From: Lama glama | Taxonomy: Eukaryota | Reading direction: 5' to 3' | Assembly (NCBI GenBank): GCA_028534125.1 | Contig: CM052818.1 | Span: 36,830,001-36,894,000, forward strand | Length of the DNA stretch: 64,000 nt | Shown here: piece after piece, positions 12,081-25,415 of the stretch | How the letters are laid out: each line of letters starts with the position of its first letter | How positions within the stretch are numbered: the stretch's first letter is position 1 | The notes under the pieces: generated by a model | The model's database searches: none | Seen by the model: the letters and a program-made list of their open reading frames with translations, nothing else | Told to the model about the DNA's origin: nothing | Position numbers and translations under genes: made by a program

Positions 12081-13467
12081 GTGAACTCCTCACAGAGGGA
12101 GACTAGTGACTGTCCAGGGCTGGGGGCAAGGCTGTGCCCACTGGCAGGAGGCCACTGTCATGCCTAATAATGACCTGGGCAGCATCTTTCCCTCACTGAG
12201 GCCTCTCCCAGTCTCTCCATGTCTCTGTGTCTCCTGGCCTCCCCTGCACCTCCTCCTGTTAGGATTTCCTGCATCTCTGGGCCTTGTGAGATGACTGGGT
12301 GTTTTCTCTCTCCCCACTTTCCCCGGGGATGGATCTCTGGGCTCCAGCAAGCTCCAACGTCCTCTGCTCTACAAGGAGCAGTTTGTGTCAAGCCTTCTGC
12401 ACCTGACTCCTGTCCCCGCCCACCCTGTGGCTTCCCTCTCTTTTCCCGTGGAGGTGTGGCCTGGCGCTTTTTCTCTTCGTTGTAATCCAGGCTTTGATGG
12501 CCCACTTTCCAGCATGCCTGACTACACCTCTTGTTTGGTAATATTCCCGCCCTCAGGGAGAGAAGAATGTTCCGGGGATGCCAGCACTGAGGGCGGACTT
12601 GCTAGAGAACCCTATCAAGTGTGAGGCATGTCCACAGCACTCCCGGTGCTCTTCATGGCCTGCCTAGATTGCAGAAACACGAGTGCCTGCCTTATGCCTG
12701 GGCCCGCTTGTTTTGTGTGTCCCCCCGACCCGGCTCTAACGCTTCACCAGCCGGGATCTGTCATGGTGCCTGGCTCCCATTGGGGATGCAGAGAGACACA
12801 GATGAACAAATCAATGGGACCAGATCCAAAGCCGTCTGCAGCAGGCAGCTGGCACTGTCCCTCACTATTTCTTCTCTATGTACTCACTTCTTGATCTTTC
12901 TATGTCATGTGATAGTACCTTTCTTAATCTGCCCTCCTGTTGAAAAATACTATTCCTATAATCATGACCAAGTGAAAAACCAGCTAGCCTTGACTGAGGC
13001 TGCTCAGCCATGGACCTGGTTGTGGTCATGCTGGAGAGAGCTAGGGGCTCACCTCTGAGGGGAGCAAGGGAGAAAGTGCCCCCGTGGTGACACAGTGTGG
13101 GGCACAGGAGAGGGATGCTCTCCAAGCCCTCAGCACGTGTCTGTAGCGACTGGAAGTCCCGGAATTTGGCCCAATGCTTGCTTCTTCAGGGCATCGAGGC
13201 TTAAGGTGGCCTCGCATGCATCCACTCCCCGCTCAACCAGTGTCTGAAAAGATATTTTAGGTCCTCTCCTTCCCTAGATCCTTCTTTGGTCATCCCCAAA
13301 GGGCAGACAGTTGCATTTGCTCATTTTTTTTCCCACAAAGAGGCATGCATTTCACCTGTTCTAGGTGATAAAAGGTTCTTCCTCTTTAGGGACAAATGGA
13401 ATAGATTAAGGAATGTGAAGAATTCTGGAGGCTTTCAGCCTAGACTATTCTTGTTCCCGTCTTAAGT

Positions 13468-13960
13468 ATTCATTCATTTATCTGTTTATCTATCCATCCA
13501 TCCATCCATGAGTCCATCCATCCATCCATCTATGCATCTATCCATCCACATCCATTCATTCATCTGTCTCAGTGAGTATCACTTAATGAACCTCTACTCT
13601 GTGCTGGACTCTGTGCCAGGCCTTGTGCTGCATGAACAGAGGCAAACAGAACAGGCATGTCTTCATTCTTGGGGAACTTGCAAGCTAATGAGGGAAACAA
13701 ATGAGCCATAAATACCAACTGTCCTCATGTTTGCAGGAAAAGCTCAGGGTGTTTTGAGAGCAAATCATAGAAGGGCTATCGTAAGTTGGGTGGTCAGAGG
13801 TAACGTGCTGTGGAAGTGACATTCCTGCAGAGGTCTAAAGAGTGAGTAGAATTAGCTGGGTGATGAGAGGGGGAGAAAGCACCCTGGGCAGAATTTAGCA
13901 TGCTGGGCGCTGTGATGCAGGGATACAGTCAGAGCAGCATAGTGAGTGGAGGAAGACACA
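13468..13960 (-). mobile_element. L2 LINE 3' end with (TCCA)n/(TTCA)n expanded tail
   Basis: cattcattt/tccatccatcc tail followed by cctctactctgtgctgg...gggtggtcagagg...ggaagtgacatt. Confidence 0.75.
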
Positions 13961-14817
13961 AAACAAAAATGGAAATGTCAAACCAACTAACCAAATAGAC
14001 AAAGCATTCCTTAGTCTCAAGAGGACCTGAGAAATGGGCTGATCTGGGTCCTCCTGTTTGATAGACACACTGAGTTTCTTGTCCCCTGTTTGGTTCCAAG
14101 CAGCAGCTCCCCTGGGGTGAGACCATGGGGGGCACCAGGGCTGTGAGACTGGACGATGGAGGATCACAGGTCAATTGCCAGGCCCCTGGTGACTCTGGGC
14201 TTCTCATCCAGCCTCACAGACCTCTTACCTATAACATACTTTTTGCAAATGCTTTGCCAAGATGGACTTCCTGGACTTAGTCACCCCTGGCTGAGTCTTC
14301 GACTAAGATGCACCCACCATGAAATGAAGTCTGAATCCCGGCTGCAGGGTTCAGAGGCCAGGACCCCTACCACCGAGGGCAGAGGGCAGGGGCACCTGTT
14401 GTGAAGACTGGTGGCCATGGTGGTATCAGCAGCTTTTTGTGCTGCGGTCGGGAGAAGCCCATCTAACATTTTCTAACATTTGCCCGATTGAATGAGTGGT
14501 TGTGGGTGCCACGAGAATGCTCATCTGTCAGTTTTGACAATGTAACAGAGTGCACATTATTTATGCTAAAAATAGTCTGTACAAAAGACGAAGCTCCAGT
14601 GGCAGCGCCAATGAAGTCTTAAGCTTCCGCCAGATCCCCTTTCCTCGGAGGTGATTGACAGAGTAATTTTCTGTTGGGCTTTCCTAAGCCAGAGCACGTC
14701 ATCCACACCAGCAGCCTTTGTGGCCCCACGGCATCACTCAGGCTCCTCGAGTCCAGAAACAGGGGTGGCTCTTGGTTACCTGAGTCCACTGTCTGCTCTC
14801 TCCATCGGGACCATGGT

Positions 14818-14960
14818 CATAATAGCTGCTGTTTACTGAGGGCTTACTCTGTGCCAGCCCTGGGGTGAGTGCTTTACCAGGATGATCTTGTGGTTTTCAC
14901 ATCAGTCCTAAGCAGAAGGTGACACTAACACCACAGGAGACTGAGGCTTCTTGAGGACTC
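14818..14960 (-). mobile_element. MIR fragment
   Basis: aatagctgctgtttactgagggcttactctgtgccagccctg...gagactgaggct. Confidence 0.75.
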
Positions 14961-16159
14961 ACAGGGCAATTAGTCACTCCTCCTGACCACATCTAGGGGA
15001 AGGGAGTAGGGAGGTCTGATTCTGTGAACTGTGGGCTGGACGGTGATTTTTTTTCCCCCCATGGTCTCAGTGTTGTGAGTGAGAGGAGGTGGGGAGGATG
15101 GTTTCCAGGGGGAGAGAGGCAAACTGAAGGGTTCCAAATGGCTCTTGCATGTTTTTTGAAAGGCTGTTGAAGGCACTTGCTTTTAAATTGGGCCACATCT
15201 CTCCCACATCCCTGCCATGTTTTAGGTGCAGAAAGTGGAATAGAGAAGCTTTGGTTTCATTTTTGTGAGAGAAGACCAGCTCAGGCAGGCTGCCTCAGCC
15301 CTGAAACTCCAAAGAGTGCAGAGCAGCACACAGTAGGTGCTTATTTGTTTGTGGAACTAATTTGAGTCACTTCTCAGGGAACGCATGTCTGCCCCTGTTT
15401 CCGAGGACAGCCAGGCTCTCCCATGGTCTCGGTCGTGGCATGTTCATGATCTCTCATATGATGCTTGTGACCGGGATCAGCAGGGGCGGGGAGTGGATTC
15501 TGTCTTCAGAAGGGACCTGCGCCATTTACTCAGAGGCTGTGACTGCAGACAGGAGGCCAGGGTGTGAGGCTGGGTTACATTGGCTAAAGATTTGCTGGTG
15601 CTCTGAGCATCTGCAGCCCAGGGTCTCAAGAGACCCACAGTATTTTTTTTAATGGTGTTTTTGGACAAAAAGAGTGGAAGACGGGCCCCATTGCTGGCAC
15701 TGGGAAAAGTCCAGTTTTCATTTGCCCCTTCTCCAGGAGTGAGCTTGTTTGAGAGAGTAGGAGGGCCAGGCTGGCTTTCTTCAGAGGCCAGATCTCCTGC
15801 CTTCGCCCTGCATTTGTCTGCCGGCTACAGACCATGGCCTGATTGGAACTGACTTCCCCCCAGGCACTCAGCAGAGGCCTATTAGCCTGACAGTCTGTAA
15901 TGTGCTGGGAGAGGCCCTGGGTTAGCGCTGCTCCCAGGTGAGCCTCTCTCTGTCCCTCGAGGGCTGAATCACAGATGCTCCCTGACACCTGCATGTGCCT
16001 AGGCCTGTGCCAGACTGAGCTGGGGTGGGGGGTGCTCCTGGAGCGCCGACCTGAGGCAGATTACTGCCCAGGATGACTTGGGAGTCCAGAGGGGAAGCCT
16101 GCCCGCCTGTCGTCAGACCCCAGGGCAAGGTGGGGATGGGCAGGAGGTCAGAAAACCTG

Positions 16160-16272
16160 CATTCTCATCCTGGCCCTCAAGAGCAAGACTTTCTGGGACT
16201 CAGCGTCCCATCTGTAAAACAACAGGATTGGAGCCTAAGATTTCTAAGAGTTCTTCTGTCTTTGATATTCTA
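16160..16272 (+). mobile_element. MIR/MIR3 fragment
   Basis: ctgggactcagcgtcccatctgtaaaac...ggattggagcctaagatttctaag...gatattcta. Confidence 0.55.
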
Positions 16273-16603
16273 GTTCCTTCTGATCCCTCAGCCCCTCTTC
16301 TGCCCCTGCTCCCAGGCCTGGCGTGGAATTGATCACACAGTTGGTGCTTGATAAATGCTCACTGGCCAGCATTATGCACCATAGCCCAGATCTTTGAGCA
16401 CAAATGGTCCCTCAGCCTTCCTTTTGCCTCCCAGAGCTCCAGGACCCCACCACCCACCCTGCTGGAGAACTGGCCGAACCAGTTTATGGGGCTCTCAATC
16501 ACTCACTCACTTAAAGGATGCCTGCTGTGTACATGGCCCTGGGCCAGCTGGGCTGTGGACGCAGAGGGAACTGAGGCAGCATCCCCCCGGGTGTCATCCC
16601 TGG

Positions 16604-16664
16604 CTGGCCCGGGGTGGGGAGGCCCAGCCCCTGGCCCGGGGGTGGGGGGAGGCCCAGCCCCTGG
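16604..16664. repeat. Tandem duplication of a 27-30 bp G-rich unit
   Basis: ctggcccggggtggggaggcccagccc followed by ctggcccgggggtggggggaggcccagccc ctgg. Confidence 0.9.
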
Positions 16665-16819
16665 TTCTGTGGGCCCGCTTGTTATAGGGTAGCGTCACCC
16701 TTAGTTCAGGGGACATTATATCCTGGGGCATCCTGACAGTGCACTCATATTCCAGAGCTCACATTCAAGGTCTTCGCTAGGGCTTCAGCCAAGAAGAGAG
16801 AATCGCAGCCTTGTGACTT

Positions 16820-16951
16820 AAAGCAGCTTCGGCATCACCAGATGCTGACATGCAGGATCGCCACCCCATCCCAGGCCTCCAGAATCAGACTGTGCATTTT
16901 AACGAGGCCTCCAGCTGATATGGATCCACAGTAAATCTGGGGGAGCCCTGG
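16820..16951. mobile_element. MER5A-type hAT-Charlie MITE fragment
   Basis: atgcaggat...ccccatcccaggcctccagaatcagactgtgcattttaacgag...agtaaatctgggggagccctg. Confidence 0.7.
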
Positions 16952-17355
16952 CATGGACCAGTCTCCCCAGGTGCAGGGCTCAGGGCTCCCATTGCCCCTC
17001 CATAGCCCGTGGCCATGATTAACCTGTTAGGTGATACACCTGTTCTTGCTGAGGCCTGCAGGGGAAGAGTCTCCAGCTCTTCCGAGGGTCCTAGGGCTGA
17101 GTGTTGACTCCTCAGTGAGAGTCTTTTCTGAGAACGGCTCACTCAGGACCACCCTCCTCTTTGGATCCTCACACTCACTTATTTGCAGAAAGGCTTCCAA
17201 AATTTCAAATGGAACAAATTAAAAGCTCTCTTAGACTATGCCTGAAGAAATGCAGCTCAGCTGTTTTCTTGTAAACACGCACATATATGCAGAGAGAGGG
17301 AGGGGGAGAGAGAGAGAAATAAGTAGGAAAATCTTTAAAAGAGACATTGCCTATA

Positions 17356-17532
17356 TAATGGCTTCTTAACCAGTTCTGAGGGTCTGTGATTGGAGCTTCC
17401 AGTGGAGTCTCTGAGCCCCTGAATTAATATATGGAATATGTGTTTCTGTGCATTTTCCTGGTGAGAGAGAAGGTCCATGCTTTTCCAGTTTCTCAAAGGA
17501 GTCTATGACCTAAAAAAGTCAAAGAACCCTTG
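17356..17532. mobile_element. MER103C-like hAT-Charlie MITE
   Basis: Degenerate TIRs (tggcttcttaacc ... aagaacccttg) and internal gtgcattttcctggtgagag...gtccatgctttt...ttctcaaaggagtctatgacctaaaaaag. Confidence 0.75.
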
Positions 17533-18871
17533 GTCTCGGTCCAAGTCTGTTTCTTGGGATTTATTGAACTCCTTGCTGTTTGGAGACAAATCAGGGACTA
17601 ACTGAAGGGTTTTTTATGAAAACAACTTCAGGGCTGTGGTGAGGCATGCCTTTCCTTTCCTCTCTCTGCTCCTCCAAATTTCTCTTTGTTCTTCCTATTA
17701 TCTCTATCAAGGGCTATTTTCAGGGCTGATTGGAAACGGAGAGTGGGTCTGGCGGCACAGCGACCGGAGAGCATGTTTGCCGGAAAAAGCATGGGCTCTC
17801 ATTGAGAGCAGAGGCAATTAGCCCTCAGAATTGGCCCATATTCCTTCCTTTCCTTTCCTTTTTTTTTTTTTTTAACAAGTGAAACCAGTGAAGCCATTTC
17901 TAGAAAATGGCAAAGAGCAGATTCAGGCCTGCAATTTCCTTGCCTCTGCCCAGATGGATGTTCTGGGACAGGCGCCATGTCACCGTGCTCTGGACTGAAC
18001 ACGGTGTTCTGGTCTCAGGGTCTGATTCTCTATTCATCCCTAAGGGTTTTGCTGTACCATGGGTGGGGGGGCGCCTCATGGATAAGTCTGTTCCCTGTGG
18101 CTGTGAGGCCAGCCCCACTGGGTAGAAGTGAGTTCACCCCTCTCAAAACTGTTTGTCCCCAGCCACCTGCACCTTTATCCCATGTGGCTGCAGGATGACC
18201 ACCTGTGACATTTATACTGCAGCCAGAAGCACTTCCAAGAACCCCCAGCCTGGCTCTTGCTTCTAGTTTCTGACCCATGTGGTGGCCTGACCTCTTATTT
18301 CTGGATACTAATGGCCAGCTGCCCGCTTGTGAAGACAGAAATTGAGATTTCTACTTTTGTGCCATAACTCTTCTGAGAATGTGGCACTCATCTCTCCCCA
18401 CATTTCCTACCTCTTCAAATCTTCCTGACCACTTCTAATAATCGGTAACCCATCCCAGCCCCTTGCTGGACCTTGCTCATTGCAAGGGGAGATTTGGCCA
18501 ACACAGGGCCTTTGCTTCAGCCAATCAGCTTTACTTACTAGCCCCAGACACACCTGTGATCCCTACCGCTGCATCCTGGCTGACACGTTTACCACCTTTC
18601 TGACCTTTCTACTTAAATTCTAGCCCTTCCAAATCCCACTTCTCTAACATAGCATCTCCCATCAGAATGTATTTATTCCAACCTCCTTTCAGGCCCGGAT
18701 TCTTCCTTCACTTGCCAGGGGACCCTCTGGCCTGTGAACCTCTCGTGGGCATGGGACTCATTTACTTGACACAGCCTACCCATCACCGGCCTTTAGCAAT
18801 GTCTTCTTTACATTGCGCTGAGCTCTGCCTTGGAGTCTTCTCTCTACTGGCAGGTGTCCTCTGGGATTGCA

Positions 18872-19095
18872 CTGTGGGTAGCAGCACTGGTTTTGGAGTC
18901 AACAGAGTGAAGTGTAAATTTCACCTCTCTCATTTACTGGCTTTGTGACCTCAGGAAAATCACTTAACCTCTCTGAGCATGAGTTTTCTCATTGTGAACT
19001 GGGGCTAATAATCATACCTATTTCGGTAAGTTGGGAAGAGTAAAGATCTTTGAGGCACAGAGTGGGCGTGGATTCTGAGAATAGGTGCTCTTGTT
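18872..19095 (+). mobile_element. MIR SINE
   Basis: ttttggagtcaacaga...catttactggctttgtgacctcaggaaaatcacttaacctctctgagc...ataatcatacctat. Confidence 0.85.
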
Positions 19096-20999
19096 ATAAT
19101 GTTACTTTCTGCCTCCCTTAAACAGTCTCATTTACCCTTAAATTGCTCTTACTTCATCTCATTTTTCAGGTATGTATCTGGTTGACTTAACTAGACTGAG
19201 CTCTCAGATGGCAGGGTAATATCTTCATCTCTATCTCCAGCCCACTGTTCTCGGTGGATCTGGGTGCACCATACGTGCTCATCAGTGGGTGGTTGATTGA
19301 GTCAAACCAACAAGCAAACACCTGCTCCATGTGTATTTATATTAAAGAAAACTTGCAGGTAGTTCAGATTCAACCTTGATTATCCAAGCTTGGTGGATTT
19401 GCACCAAACGGGACAGTGATTATTCTCCAAACCGCCTCTTCTCTCTCTACATGGCCCTGAAAAGGCACACAGGTGGGACTCAGTCCCCTGAAGGAGGTGG
19501 GGGAACACTCCCAGTGCTGTTTCCAAGAGTGTTGCATTCAGTGCTGTGGCATCCGTCCACAAGTCAGCCTGGCACTGCCAGTCTGAGAGCCGGGGGAGGA
19601 TTTCGGGATGGAGCAGGTCCCTCCCTGGAATGGGGATGGGAGGTACCGGGAGCCGTGTGGAGGTAATGCCGGGGGCGAAGTCACTGTCACTGCTCTCAGC
19701 AGCATCACCAGGCTGTTCAGGCTCTTGCTGGAAGGAGGTGCAAGGAACCAAGGGCCCACGGCCGGACCAGTTCCAGTGGTTAGAGCGCCTGCATCCTGCT
19801 CCTTTTATGGGGCACCATGCTTACCATGGAACATCTTGAAAGCGACTTCCTGGGCTGCTAAGACACACAGAAGACCATACTCCAGGGGGAAGCTGCTGGG
19901 ACCCCCACCCCCACCCCCTAGGTCTCCGGCTGCTTGTTTTTCTCCAGGCCTCGGGCTGGCCCTGATGCTTGCGATGCCTGTGAGATCCGCTGACGCCGAG
20001 ATTTATTAGTGTCTGTACCTCTGGGAGTGCACTCCCCGAGGGAGAGGAGGCTGTGGTTTTACTTCCTTGTGATCAAGGCAGACTGTGGGGAAGAAGAAAG
20101 TGTGGAGATTAAGGACTGAATCCTCTAACGAAGAGAACGAAACTTTCATAGTTATGTGCCACCCGGGCCTCTTGCAATGAATACGTTTGTGTTCAACGAA
20201 AACACTCTTATTTATTTATTTATCACAAAGGAAATTGGATCAGGGGAACATTAAAGGTCGGGGAGCGAAATGCAGAGAGCAGAGCTCCCAGCAAGGCACA
20301 ACTTGGAGCCGGCAGTGCTCACAAACCAAGGAGGAAAGCGACTCATTAGAAGGTGGCTCTCCCCGGGTTCCCGGATGTGAAGTCTCCCCTCCTTCTCCCA
20401 CAGGACTGCCTAGAGGGAAAAAAGAAGCAGAACTCAAATTGGGCAACGGTCCTGGGGAACCAGCCAAGTTCATCGGCCTCACCTGTTATGTGCCTGCTTG
20501 GGAGGGGGTCGCTCCCCTGGGCAGTGGCACTTCAGCCTGGCCTTGGTGGTGGGAGGCTCTGCCCACCAGGTAAAGGGGCACCAGCCATGAGGACTGGAAC
20601 CCCAGGCAGTTCCTCTTCTTGTAGCCTGGGTATTATTTCAACCCCAGCGGCTCATCTCATGTCAACAGAGGCTTATTCAGATGGAGCGTGTAGGGGAAGC
20701 CCTCTGCAGAGCCAGCCTGAAGTCATGGGAGATCATTCTTAAGGACTCCAAGAGGACAGTTATTGCAAGAGCTCATACTAACCTGACCAGGTGGGAAAGA
20801 CCTAGAGAAAAGAGTCCCCTGGAGTCTTACCAAGGAACCTCTCACTGGGAGGGGAGGTCGGGAAAGCTGGCAAGGCATGGTAGGGGACCCGCCATTTTCT
20901 TCCCTCATCCACCCCTGAGGGGAGAACACTCCAAGGAGCTTGTGGGGAGTAGGATAAGGTGCTAGAAGGAGGGGCCCTGGGTCTCTGAGTCGCTGCTTA

Positions 21000-21127
21000 A
21001 GGAGAGCCACACGGGAGAGCAATGCTGCATGGTGGGGGGGGGGGTCATAAGAAACGAATGCTTATTGTTGAAGCCACCGGGATCTGGGGTTGTTCGTCAC
21101 AATAGTTAGTGTATCCTGCCTAGCACA
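21000..21127 (+). mobile_element. MaLR (MLT1) LTR 3' fragment
   Basis: aatgcttattgttgaagccaccgggatctggggttgttcgtcacaatag...tcctgcctagcaca resembles an MLT1 3' terminus. Confidence 0.6.
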
Positions 21128-22739
21128 GTGCTTAACTCCGCTTCTGACTTTGTAAGCATTAGCCCAGCCCGTGGGCAGGACTCATTCGGTCAACAAATAG
21201 TTTTTGAGCACCAGTTGTGGGCTAAGCAGGCAGTGAGGGCAGCCTGAGGAGCCTAAGTAGACAGGCACAGAGAGCACTTCAGAGTAAAAGGGGAGGATCG
21301 TAAGGACAAGGGTGCAGCCCACCAAGCTGGCTTTGTGCACACCTGGCCCGGTTCCAGGGAAAAGACATTGACCTTGCTTTGTTGAGCTCCAGATCTGTAC
21401 CTGTCAGCTGTGGTGGTAGGGGTGGGTGGTGTGACCAGCCTGGCCATCAGACTTTAGCCTTTATGCAGTGTCCTTGGAAGATATCACATCCCACACCCAG
21501 CAGGTCACCCTGGCACCTGGGGCCTGGATCACCCTGAAAGCCACTCGGGAGAAATGATTGCAGCTTCCCCATGTTTTGAATGATAAATACCGTCCTTTCA
21601 CCTCCTGGCTTTTACACGGGCAAAGAGAAATGTGGATAAGGAGAGAAATGACATTATACCCTCTGTGTGCTTGGTAGGAAGCGGTGAGGACAGGCAAGGG
21701 GAGTGCTCACAGCAGTCGACCAGATGCCCCGCTCCAGGTAGCATTGGCAGCAGGCCTGGGAGGTGCTGGCACATCTCCCCCTGAGCCATCCACTAGCCTC
21801 TCCCAGGGCCACCCTGCCATTGCAGCACATGCATCTTTAATTTTTTCAATTAACAACAATATAGAACAAATGGAGTAGAGTTTTAATTATTCATAATTCA
21901 TTTAGGAATAAAATCTCTGTAAACTAAAGGAAAGGAAGGGTCATATTACCTGTTCTTTAAAAAAAAATGAAAAGCAGTGAAAGAGGAGGGAAAAATCTAC
22001 TTATATTGACCTAATTTTTCTAAAGCTTTCCCTTTGGTCCATGCAGTTGGAGACAAGAGAGATAAATGGGAGAAAAGCCCCTTCTCTGCTAGTGGGTCAG
22101 AGGGCTGCTTTTTACCCCCACCCTGGCCTGGTCACTGATGCACTGTGTGACCTATAGCTTATAACTGTCCCTTCCTGAGTCCACGTGACCTGTCCCTATA
22201 AAAAGGACTGAGGTGACTAGGGCCACCAGTACGGAGTCAATTTAGATCCTATATATTGACAAGTATGGACAAAGTACCTTCACGGTGTGCACGTGCAGTG
22301 GAGTCCAAGGGGACACCGCAGGACCCTTGCCCACCCAGAGCTTACAGGAAAGCCTCCCAGAAACATATGTGTCTATATGTACCTATACATCTATACATAT
22401 GCACACACACACACCCACCCCCCCACGCCCCGAGCAGTGTTGGGAGGGGAAAATAGGACATCGTCGGGTCTAAATTTTACAGTCTAAGAGTCTGGATTCA
22501 GAGAAGGGTGGCCAGGACAGATGCATCAGTCAGAAAAGGCTGCTCCTGGAGTCAGCCTTGAAAGCTAGGGAAAGCTTAAATAAAGGCAGGAAGGAAAGGA
22601 GGGGATTATAGGTGAGAGATGTGCAAGGGCAAAGCACAGAGGTGGGTGAGAATGAGACTGGTCCCAGAGGGCAGAGCATCAGTCCATAATAGGGGGTGTG
22701 GCTCCACGCTGGGGTCTGGGTTCTGATTCCTCCCTCAGC

Positions 22740-23200
22740 CTTCCCTGCCATGGCTCTGGTTCAGACCAGCATCATCTCTTGCCTGGTCTCCATACTTCCA
22801 TCATAATCCCAGCATCTTGTTGAAGCATCTATTCTCAGGCACCTCTCATTTGCTTAACCTCTTTAATTACTCCCCATAATCCTCAGAGTTGAGTCTAAGC
22901 ATTTGCACAGGGCAGACCAGACCTTCTGTGTAGCAGCTCTTCCTTCTCCTGCCTGTTGTTACTGCAGTCGCCAACCAAGCTGGACTCTCCAGCCATGACT
23001 CTCCTATTCTTTTGTCATTATACATGCTATTTCCTCTGCTTGGAGATACTTTCTCCTCTCCTCTGTTTGCCAGGAAATCTCATTTATTCTTGAAGATGCA
23101 TGTTAAATGCCCTTTGTCTGTAAGGACTTTTTTTCTTCCTCTCTGTACCCCAGATCCTATATGAATTGGATACTTGGTAAAGGCTTGCTCAACTGAACGA
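22740..23200 (+). mobile_element. L2 LINE fragment
   Basis: ctggttcagaccagcatcatctcttgcctgg...catgctatttcctctgcttggagatactttctcc... Confidence 0.65.
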
Positions 23201-23280
23201 ATCTGAGATTGGCTTAAGAGGTATGAAGAGTGTAGCTAGAGGGTAGCATGAGATACTGTTGGATTAAGAGGATGACAGAA

Positions 23281-23745
23281 TACATCAGGATTCTTGGTTA
23301 TATGTGTCAGAACTTAGATCAATTGCTTAAGCAAAAGAGGGGATATAATGGTGCCTGTGATGAACTCCCAGAGTAGGCAGAAGTTGAACCAGCCTCAGAA
23401 CTCTGTCCTCCCCCCGCCCCTCCTCTCTTCCCTGCTTCCTTCTATGTGAGAGCTTTGTTCTCTCAAGCTAGCAGTTCCCATGAGGTGGAACCAAGGATAC
23501 AAGTAGCTCCAGCTTAGATGCTTACAACCTCACAAGCAGAGAAAAGAAAGGGATTTTCCCCACCAAGTCTGCTTAGGAAAACCTCTCAGGGAGGACCTCT
23601 GACTGGCCCAGCTCGAGGCACATGCCCATGCCTGCATCACTTACGTGGCTGGGATGTGGGAAGCTATGACTGCCCCGCCTGGGTCATCTGGCCACCCCTG
23701 TGATGAAAGGGAGGAGGTTATTTTGCTAGAGGACGCCTTTTTGGG
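23281..23745 (-). mobile_element. MLT1K-like MaLR LTR
   Basis: caggattcttggtt...gcttaagcaaaagaggg...ctctgactggcccagctcgaggcacatgcccat...gcctgggtcatctggccacccctg. Confidence 0.7.
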
Positions 23746-23748
23746 TGG

Positions 23749-24247
23749 TATATAGTTTCCTATGGCTGCTGTAACAGATTACTACACACCTGGTGACTTA
23801 AAATAACGGAAATTTATTCTCTCACAGTTCTGGTGGCTAGAAGTTTAAAATCAAATCACAGGGCTGAAATCAGGTGTTGGCCAAGCCTTGTTCCCTTCAA
23901 AGGTCGTATAGCAGAATCATTTCCTTGCCCCTTCCAGCATCTGGGGGCTGTCAGCATTCCTTGGACTGTGGCTGTATCACTCTAATTGTCAAGGCCAGGA
24001 TCTTCGAATCTCTCTCTGTTCCACCTCACATCACATCTTCCTTTGTGTGTGTCAGATCCCCATCTGACTCTCTCATATGGACACTTGTGATGGCATTTAG
24101 GGCCCATCTGGATAATCCAGGATTATCTCCCCATATCAAGACCCTTGGCTTAATCACATTTACAAAGACTATTTTTCTATATAAGATAACACAGGTTCCA
24201 GGGAATAGGGCCTGATATCTTTGGAGGTCATTATTCAGCCCGCTGTA
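23749..24247 (-). mobile_element. MLT1C-like MaLR LTR
   Basis: tagtttcctatggctgctgtaacag...aaatttattctctcacagttctgg...gcattccttggactgtggc...gggcccatctggataatccagga...cattattcagcc. Confidence 0.9.
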
Positions 24248-25092
24248 GTCTGCTTGCTGGATCCTAAAAATTCACATCCATTCTGCATGCAAAAGACATT
24301 CACCTCATCCTAACAGCCCCAAAGACTCAGCCCTTTATAGCATCAAGTCTCAAATCTCATTTAAGTGTCATCAACTCAAAAGTGCCAAATCTGATCTAAA
24401 TCAGGTATAGGTGACACTCTGGATATGATACATCCCAGGGCAAAATTCTCCTCCATCTGTGAATCTGTAAATCTGTGAAGTTAGAAAACAAGTTATCTAC
24501 TATATCAAAGTACAATGGTGGGACAGGAAGGAGGTAATAGTGACAGACATTCTCATTCCAAAAAGGGAGTAAATGGAAGGAAGAAAGGAGCCACTGATCC
24601 AAAGCAGTTCAAAATCCAGCAGGATAAATCCCATTAGGTTTTAAGACCTGGGAATTATCATTTGTGGCTCAAGGCTCAGCCCTCAGAGTCCACAGCTCTA
24701 CACTCTGGACTGTGGCTCTGACCTTGGAGTCATTCTCCCTTTTTTTTTGAAAGAGAGTGCATGTTTGCAGCTGTGTGGCTTTATCAGCCTATTTCCTGCT
24801 TGTAAAATTTTGGGGAGGTCTGACAGTCTTCTTTTATTTCATCTTGTCTCCGTCCCTTTTGGTGCAATCTGGCAGAGTTTCTAAGGATATAACATTCTCA
24901 AAAACCTTGTGAGTCTCCTGTGTATGTCATCACGTCATTAAACAAGAGAGCCCTTCACAGAGCTTTCCTAGATAATCCCACCTCTATTCCTGGTTTTGGG
25001 TCAGGTGGTTGAAGGGATCTGTGAATCATATGCCTAATCTCTTCAGTGCTAGAAAAAGCTTGTCAATCTATATCCTTGGACTTTTTTCCCAG
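24248..25092 (-). mobile_element. MaLR internal sequence (MLT1C-int-like) contiguous with the LTR
   Basis: Abuts the LTR; recalled MaLR-int motifs catgcaaaagacattcacc, ggcaaaattctcctccatctgtga, aaacaagttatct...tacaatggtgggacagg...gacattctcattccaaaaggga. Confidence 0.85.
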
Positions 25093-25329
25093 AAAAGATG
25101 GGAACCTGGGAAGGCAAAAAGAAAAAAAAAAAAAGCGAATATAGGCTAGATTGTGGGGCACTTGAACGCCATGATGTATGGTGATAGTTCACGTGTAGAA
25201 ATATCCACAGTGTCAGAAGTGCCTGAGTTCTCCAAGATTATGTAACAGGATGAAATCCATCAGGATAAAGCAGATGGATTCCCCCAAACCCTGCTTCTCC
25301 CAAAGGCAGCTCTGTGGAGTGCAGGGTTT

Positions 25330-25415
25330 AAGATTTATCAAGCACTATGTGTCAGGCACGGGGCTACCTGCTTTATGGACAATATCTTCCCTAATCCTCT
25401 CTACAACCCCATCAG
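25330..25415 (-). mobile_element. MIR fragment
   Basis: atttatcaagcactatgtgtcaggcac...taatcctctctacaaccccat. Confidence 0.6.

Noticed and set aside
11874..16664. Two-copy 27-30 bp direct repeats as possible CRISPR-like arrays
   Set aside because: Each has only two adjacent units with no spacers, in mammalian DNA with no cas genes; they are simple tandem duplications.
23874..24602. ORFs within MLT1C LTR and internal region
   Set aside because: Lie wholly within a non-autonomous MaLR element; no sign of an intact gene.
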